Virus record (IMG/VR): IMGVR_UViG_3300036940_000315
Location: 1 to 49,546 of that record
Source: a virus
Lineage: Duplodnaviria; Caudoviricetes
Length of the DNA stretch: 49,546 nt
Strand: one strand, 5' to 3'
Shown: positions 44,071 through 49,546 of the stretch, piece by piece
Layout: the number at the start of each line of letters is the position of its first letter
How positions within the stretch are numbered: the first letter of the stretch is position 1
Translations under genes and position numbers: made by a program
Notes under the pieces: generated by a model
Told to the model about the DNA's origin: nothing
What the model saw: the letters and a program-made list of their open reading frames with translations, nothing else
Database searches by the model: none

Positions 44071-44567
44071 ATTATTTTTGAATTGTTATAAGCCCGAACT
44101 GTTGAACTGTCAAAAGCCTCAACTTTTGAATTATCAAAAACCAGAACTGTTGAATTATCAAAAGCCCGAACTTTTGAATTATCAAAAACCAGAACTGTTG
44201 AACTGTCAAAAGCCTCAATTTTTGAATTGTTATAAGCCCGAACTGTTGAACTGTCAAAAGCCTCAACTTTTGAATTATCACAGGCCCGAACTGTTGAATT
44301 ATCATAAGCCCGAACTTTTGAATTATCAAAAACCAGAACTGTTGAATTATGATAAGCCTCAACTGTTGAATTATCACAGGCCCGAACTGTTGAATTATCA
44401 TAAGCCCGAACTGTTGAACTGTCAAAAGCCTCAACTGTTGAATTTTCATAAACAATGAATTTTTTTATATCACCATAAAACAATATAATATAAGATTCCT
44501 TTTCTAAAATTTTAAAATACTGACTGTTTTCTACTGTAATGTTTAAATTCTCATTTTTGTAATTCAT
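44067..44567 (-). CDS. octapeptide-repeat (beta-helix-like) protein
   Basis: About 15 repeats of (D/N)S(T/K)V(R/E/L)(A/V)(Y/F/C)(D/N); promoter 44604-44632 and AGGAG RBS. Confidence 0.8.
   Translation of the reverse strand: MNYKNENLNITVENSQYFKILEKESYIILFYGDIKKFIVYENSTVEAFDSSTVRAYDNSTVRACDNSTVEAYHNSTVLVFDNSKVRAYDNSTVRACDNSKVEAFDSSTVRAYNNSKIEAFDSSTVLVFDNSKVRAFDNSTVLVFDNSKVEAFDSSTVRAYNNSKII
44075..44445. repeat. 24-bp coding tandem repeat
   Basis: Units such as GAATTATCATAAGCCCGAACTGTT repeated with variants. Confidence 0.9.
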
Positions 44568-44656
44568 TTCTAACTCCTTTTTAATTATCTTATTTACATG
44601 TATAATATAAGGAAGTTTATAATAAAAAACAAGAACTTTTTATTAAAATTTTAATT

Positions 44657-44998
44657 TTATTCAAAATTTCTTTCAGCATCTTTTTGAATTTCTGCATCTA
44701 TGTCTGAATATAAATCTTTATAATCATCTAAATGTTTTTCTGATTCTTCTATTTCGTTTTCAATTTGCAATAAATCTTTTTCCATTTGTTCTAATTCTTC
44801 AAAGGTTTCTACATGAAGAGGAAAATCTGTTACAAAATTTTCAAATAATTCAATTAATTCTTTTCTAAAATTATTTAAATCTTCTTTATTCATAAAATTC
44901 ATTTCGCCTTCTAATTTCCAATCTTCTCCAAATATACCAACACTTGGATCTCCATAATGATAAATATTCCAGCCAGTTACTATAATTTCATTATCCAT
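44657..44998 (-). CDS. acidic hypothetical protein
   Basis: AGGAG RBS before MDNEIIV; GDPSVGIFG motif. Confidence 0.65.
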   Translation of the reverse strand: MDNEIIVTGWNIYHYGDPSVGIFGEDWKLEGEMNFMNKEDLNNFRKELIELFENFVTDFPLHVETFEELEQMEKDLLQIENEIEESEKHLDDYKDLYSDIDAEIQKDAERNFE

Positions 44999-45020
44999 TT
45001 TAATTCTCCTTTTTAATTTA

Positions 45021-45317
45021 TTAATTATATAATTGTGCTCTAAATCTTCTTGTCTCATTTGTATTGTTATGATATTTATCTTTACAATTATTTTTTCCTT
45101 TATTTGAACAAAATTGTGTTTGATATGATTTTTTTATAATTCTTTTACCGCACCAAGCACATTTAATAGTAGTTCCAATATTTGAATTTTTATTTTCTTT
45201 ATATCTATTTAATGCTTTAATACATTTATTTTCATAATCATTATTAATATCATTAAAATAAGAATCAACTTCTCTATCCACATATCTTTCATTTAATGAC
45301 ATTGTTTCGTCAGACAT
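45021..45317 (-). CDS. zinc-finger hypothetical protein
   Basis: CAWCG...FCS.....CKDKYHN. Confidence 0.7.
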   Translation of the reverse strand: MSDETMSLNERYVDREVDSYFNDINNDYENKCIKALNRYKENKNSNIGTTIKCAWCGKRIIKKSYQTQFCSNKGKNNCKDKYHNNTNETRRFRAQLYN

Positions 45318-45318
45318 T

Positions 45319-45525
45319 TTAATTCTCCTTTTTTAAATTTAAATCTTTAGCATCATAAACTATTTTTAAAGTTTTTCCATTATCTTGTATAAACATCTTT
45401 ACATTTTTTACTGTATTTTGAGATTTTACAAATTCTCTACCATTAGGACCAATTATTTCAATTCGATTTATATCTTCTATTGGAAATTCAATATTTACTA
45501 ATTTTTTTAATTCATCTATTTTCAT
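45319..45525 (-). CDS. hypothetical protein
   Basis: NRIEII...GREFV...QDNGKTLKI. Confidence 0.6.
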   Translation of the reverse strand: MKIDELKKLVNIEFPIEDINRIEIIGPNGREFVKSQNTVKNVKMFIQDNGKTLKIVYDAKDLNLKKEN

Positions 45526-45684
45526 AATTTACTCTATTTTATTTATTTTTTTATTAAAAATTCTTTCTTTATTTCTACTAATTCTACTGGATAACATACA
45601 AGAAGCAATTCCTCCTACTATAAAAAATAAAAAAATTAATATAATTATACTCCAAATTAAAATTTTTAAAAGTAACATAATTTT

Positions 45685-46224
45685 TTATTCTCCTTTATAT
45701 AATTTCCAAGTACCAGTTTTTTTATTAATTCTTATAACCCCTCTCATAGTTTCATCATGTTTATCAGAATTAAATAATCCAGCAAATCTATTCCAAATAA
45801 AAATATAATCTTTAGATTCCATTGATTGCCCGCTCGCTTTACCATAGTAATATCCAGTTTCAATATTATAGTATTTTGAATCAATTGAATAAATTACACT
45901 ATTTTTAACTAAAAATGGATGTTGAAATTGTTCAAATTCAACTTTTTCATTTCCTTCTTTATCAATAATAACCCAATGACTTGCAAGATGTGGTTTTTCT
46001 TTTGGATTTTTTGTGATGATGTTATCATAATAATCTTCAATATATTTTAAAAGTAAAAAATAATCATTTTTTAAATTTTCTATGGTTGATAAACCACCTA
46101 AACGATATAAAGTATATCTTAAAACTTTTCCATCTTTTACTAATACTTTATAATCATCTTGATTACCAATATTCCATTTTTTTCTATATTCTGATGAAAT
46201 AATTGCTTCTTGTAATTCTAACAT
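45685..46224 (-). CDS. hypothetical protein
   Basis: 179-aa ORF with AAGGA RBS. Confidence 0.7.
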   Translation of the reverse strand: MLELQEAIISSEYRKKWNIGNQDDYKVLVKDGKVLRYTLYRLGGLSTIENLKNDYFLLLKYIEDYYDNIITKNPKEKPHLASHWVIIDKEGNEKVEFEQFQHPFLVKNSVIYSIDSKYYNIETGYYYGKASGQSMESKDYIFIWNRFAGLFNSDKHDETMRGVIRINKKTGTWKLYKGE

Positions 46225-46251
46225 AATTTATTTCCTTTCTTTTAATAAATA

Positions 46252-46268
46252 AGAGCCTTTCGGCTCAT
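46252..46268 (-). terminator. short GC hairpin, probable terminator
   Basis: GAGCC-GAAA-GGCTC followed by TTATTT on the minus strand. Confidence 0.55.
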
Positions 46269-46276
46269 TATTAAAT

Positions 46277-47101
46277 TTAATTATTAGATAATTCGGAAAT
46301 CATTAATCTTGTTAAACTTTGATTTAATAAATTGGCTCTTTTAATATCTGTTTTTGCAACTTTATTACTTAACCAATTTGTTAATACTGCCCAATATGCC
46401 CACAATTTTGTATAATCTTTAATTGTTTCTCTATACATTGTTTGATACTTTTCATAGGCTTCTGGTAAATTTAATACCAATCTACTACTAAATCCGGCTT
46501 TAATTAACATTTGCATAAACTTTTTTGTAATTTTTACTTCTTGGGATTTTTCAAATAATTCGCCAAACTTTTTTGTTTCCAATAATGTATCATAAAATCC
46601 TTCAAAATCATCTAAATTAAAAATAAAGTTTTTTGAATGTTTTTTAATCTGTCTATAAATTGTTTCTCCAATAACCATACCATTGCTGCAAACTAATCTA
46701 TATAATCCAAACAATTCTGAATATTTAGTTAATCCATCGGTGGAATTAATGATATCAAATGTTGCCATTGTTTCACTGCCATCAACATCCCAACTAATTT
46801 CAGGAAATCCAAAGGTAACTTGCATTGAATTTCTTCCATTGCTTTCATTGGTTTTAAATGATTGAATATTATAATTTAAATGACTTTTTTCAAGTTTATC
46901 AACAACTCTATCAAATGCAGCATCATGTTGTTCAATATGATATTTTTTTGATAAAATTCTAATTGGTCTTTTTTCATTTACTGTGCGAATTAATTCATAA
47001 CCAGGAATTTCTGTATTTTCTGAATATACTGGAACCTTTTCTGCTCTCATTTGTTCCAATTTTGTTTTTACTTCTTGAATTGTTGGATTTGTTTTTATCA
47101 T
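46277..47101 (-). CDS. DUF932-like phage/plasmid protein
   Basis: S..Y..EQH, INSTDG, GLYRLVCSNGM, KH; promoter 47142-47170. Confidence 0.75.
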   Translation of the reverse strand: MIKTNPTIQEVKTKLEQMRAEKVPVYSENTEIPGYELIRTVNEKRPIRILSKKYHIEQHDAAFDRVVDKLEKSHLNYNIQSFKTNESNGRNSMQVTFGFPEISWDVDGSETMATFDIINSTDGLTKYSELFGLYRLVCSNGMVIGETIYRQIKKHSKNFIFNLDDFEGFYDTLLETKKFGELFEKSQEVKITKKFMQMLIKAGFSSRLVLNLPEAYEKYQTMYRETIKDYTKLWAYWAVLTNWLSNKVAKTDIKRANLLNQSLTRLMISELSNN

Positions 47102-47620
47102 CTTTAATTCTCCTTTTTCAATTATTTTTAATTTTATTTATAATATAAGAAACATTTTATTAAAAAACAAGAACTTTTTATTAAAAATTTTAATTAAACA
47201 AAAAAAAATAAAAAAAATCTATGTTTTTGGAAAATTCAAATATATTTAAATATAGAATATATGTTATATATTTAGATATCTACTATATACATTATATATA
47301 TTAAAAAATTTATTAGATAATTTATTACATGGATAAAAAAAATAAAAAAAGTTCTTGGATTTTAAAAAATAAATTTTTATATTAGTAATGTTAATTGAAA
47401 AATGAAATAATGTAATATTTTAATCACTTCCTCCTTATTGATTAACTTACGTTAAAAAAAATCAAATTTTATAAAGTTTTATTTGGATAGTTTTTTATTT
47501 GATTTTCTATCCAATATTTAAAAGTTAAAAATAAAATAAAAAGGTTCTTGGATTTTAAATTAAAATTTTATATATTATAGATTATTAGTTATAAATTGTT
47601 TTTTGAAAATAGAAAAAATT

Positions 47621-47952
47621 AAAATTAATGACAAAGAAAGTTCCTATAAATTTTTAGCAACAAAAAAAGTACTTTCCGTTATTAAATTTTATTTTGTGAT
47701 AAAAATAGTTCCTATTTCGAATACTTGCCAGTTAGGCAAACCATATACTATTTATCACAAATTTATGGAAGATGTAGCTCAATTGGTAGAGCACCCGGAT
47801 AAAATTACCTTTCGTTGTTATAGATAGACAAAAAAGGTTCCTATATATTGAAAAAGGACCAGGGGGTTAGAGGTTCAATTCCTCTCATCTTCCCTAATAG
47901 GTAAAAGAAGTTCCTATAAAATTACACATATAATAAAATACTTCTCACTTAT
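47621..47952 (+). ncRNA. array of four covarying stem-bulge-stem RNA units with invariant GTTCCTAT
   Basis: Units at 47621-47690, 47693-47761, 47807-47844 (permuted) and 47897-47952; compensatory stem changes; downstream of promoter 47548-47576. Confidence 0.8.
47767..47893 (+). ncRNA. tRNA-like RNA with ~60-nt structured insert replacing the anticodon loop
   Basis: GGAAGATG/CATCTTCC acceptor, GCTC-AATTGGTA-GAGC D arm, CCCGG/CCAGG anticodon stem, AGAGG-TTCAATT-CCTCT T arm. Confidence 0.8.
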
Positions 47953-47978
47953 AAATTTTAAAAATGAAAGATTAACAA

Positions 47979-49546
47979 ATGAAAACATTAAAATTATTTA
48001 ATGCAGTTATTTCAAAACCATCAAATATAGTGGATCCTACTATAACTGAAAATGGTTTTATTATTATGCCTAATGCACTTTGGGCTAAAGATAGAATTAC
48101 TGAATATTTAGAAAAAGAAAAATTAAATGGAAATGATTTAAATAAAACATTTCATAAATCTTGGCAAAAAATTAAAGATAGTTCAAGATTTGAATTATTA
48201 ATTCATCAAATTTTACATTATCTTTCTACATATGGAAGTAATTTTGAAGATGAAGTTTATATTCCAAATGAAGTTTTAGAATTACCAGATGTAAAATTAA
48301 AATTTAAAGTTATTAGAGCATATACAAAAGATGAAATGAAAAATAAATGTTTAGATTTATTAAAATCTGGTATTGCTTTAAAAGAAGAAACTATTAATGA
48401 TTTAATTGAAATTTTAGTAGATAAATTAGATTATTCATTTACTGGTAAAGAAGGCATTAAAAATAAAGAGGCAATTGTAAAAATTGCTGATAATTATAAT
48501 GTTTATCCTAATAGTAATGTTGAATTTTTTAGATATATTATTTATAAAACTACCGGACAAACATTATTAATTAAAAATGATGATATGATTGAAAATATTA
48601 AAGTAAGTAATTTTAATCCAACAATTCATTTTAAACGGTTTGGATTGAAAAAACTTGCTGAAATTTTTAATAGATTTAAACCTTTATTTTTAGCATATAA
48701 AACTAAATGTCCTAAAACTATTAATAAAATTAGTAAATTAAGTAAAAAATATCATAAACCATTAATTATGAATCCTTTAAATGAACTTTCTTCTACTTTA
48801 TTAACTAATAATGATATACATTGGTTAAATAATGCTACTATTTTTAGTTTATTTAAAGCATTATCTTATTGTTTTTTAATTATGCAAGGTCCAGATGCTT
48901 TTGTATATAGAATTAGAAATGGTAAATCTTTTGTTGATGAAAAAAATGTTAAAAATAAAAGTAATATATTCTCAAATTTTCAATTTATTTTCAAATATCT
49001 TTCAGATAAATATGATTTTTCAGATAAGAAATTCTATTTTCCAAAAGATATTTATTTTGCATTGCCTACATCAGAAAAGATGTTTGTTGGTAATATTCCT
49101 ACCGGAACAAAGTTTTGTGGTGAAAAATTAGCAGTTGGTATTTACTGGAAAAATAGTTGGGGAGCAAGAGATCTTGATTTATCTGGAGTTAATATTGGCG
49201 GAAAAGTAGGTTGGAATTCAGTTTATAAACAAGGAAGAGGTTCTTTAATGTTTTCTGGTGATATTACAGATGCCCCAAATGGTGCTGTTGAATATCTTTA
49301 TGCTAATAAAGATTTAAATAATCCAACTTTAATTCAAAATAATGTTTATTGTGGTAATATTAATAGTAAATATAAAATTATTATTGGTAAAGGGGATGAT
49401 ATTTCTCAAAATTATATGATGAATCCTAATAATTTATTTACAGAAATATCTACTCAAGGAGTTCAAGAACAAATGATTTTAGGATTATTTTTACCTGAAA
49501 ATGAATCTGGTTCAAAACAATCATTTGTAATTTTAAATTTTGGATC
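47979..49546 (+). CDS. large helical protein with C-terminal TerD-like domain (runs off the window)
   Basis: Open from ATG47979 to the end; TFHKSW, HQILHYLSTYG, FNRFKPLFLA, ALPTSEKMFVGNIP.G, GIYW....DLDLS, FSGDITDAPNGAVEY; all Trp are TGG. Confidence 0.75.
   Translation, partial: MKTLKLFNAVISKPSNIVDPTITENGFIIMPNALWAKDRITEYLEKEKLNGNDLNKTFHKSWQKIKDSSRFELLIHQILHYLSTYGSNFEDEVYIPNEVLELPDVKLKFKVIRAYTKDEMKNKCLDLLKSGIALKEETINDLIEILVDKLDYSFTGKEGIKNKEAIVKIADNYNVYPNSNVEFFRYIIYKTTGQTLLIKNDDMIENIKVSNFNPTIHFKRFGLKKLAEIFNRFKPLFLAYKTKCPKTINKISKLSKKYHKPLIMNPLNELSSTLLTNNDIHWLNNATIFSLFKALSYCFLIMQGPDAFVYRIRNGKSFVDEKNVKNKSNIFSNFQFIFKYLSDKYDFSDKKFYFPKDIYFALPTSEKMFVGNIPTGTKFCGEKLAVGIYWKNSWGARDLDLSGVNIGGKVGWNSVYKQGRGSLMFSGDITDAPNGAVEYLYANKDLNNPTLIQNNVYCGNINSKYKIIIGKGDDISQNYMMNPNNLFTEISTQGVQEQMILGLFLPENESGSKQSFVILNFG

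Noticed and set aside
44072-44458. Alternative-frame and antisense repeat ORFs (44072-44455, 44078-44458)
   Set aside because: By-products of a stop-free 24-bp repeat. Only 44067-44567 has a promoter and RBS.
47603-47827. Track ORF of 74 aa
   Set aside because: TTG start without an RBS; it overlaps the covarying RNA units and the tRNA-like RNA.
47799-47858. Group I or BHB intron in a tRNA
   Set aside because: Too short for group I, no clear bulge-helix-bulge, and the insert is explained by the neighbouring repeat motif.
47621-47952. CRISPR array
   Set aside because: Only ~8 nt are invariant. Conservation is in pairing rather than sequence, one unit is permuted, and no cas operon is nearby.
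48895-49131. Track ORF of 78 aa
   Set aside because: Out-of-frame overlap within the long gene starting at 47979, which the track missed because it has no stop in the window.

Overview
Very AT-rich segment of a large tailed phage genome, with myovirus-type baseplate genes. Many genes only make sense if TGA is read as Trp (code 4), so the supplied code-11 ORF track fragments them. I rebuilt coordinates by hand with TGA=W. Layout: (1) ~2.3-21.4 kb glycan-modification cluster (several glycosyltransferases, NeuB, NeuA, Maf-like transferase, methyltransferase, sulfotransferase-like, ATP-grasp, PLP aminotransferase, HAD phosphatases); (2) nucleotide/RNA metabolism genes and a phage sigma-factor-like gene; (3) baseplate genes interrupted by an inverted, GC-richer ~4.7 kb island of small genes separated by attC-like inverted-repeat half-sites; (4) an RNA ligase gene fractured by a split intein with a Vsr-like endonuclease gene in between; (5) at the right end, four covarying stem-loop RNA units, one circularly permuted inside the anticodon loop of a tRNA-like scaffold, just upstream of a large TerD-like protein. 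Two promoter classes are visible. A sigma70-like TTGTTT-N17-TATATT motif precedes genes that almost always use TGG for Trp. An AATATTTAT-N3-TGAA motif precedes TGA-recoded genes. All product calls come from motif recognition by eye; no database searches were run.
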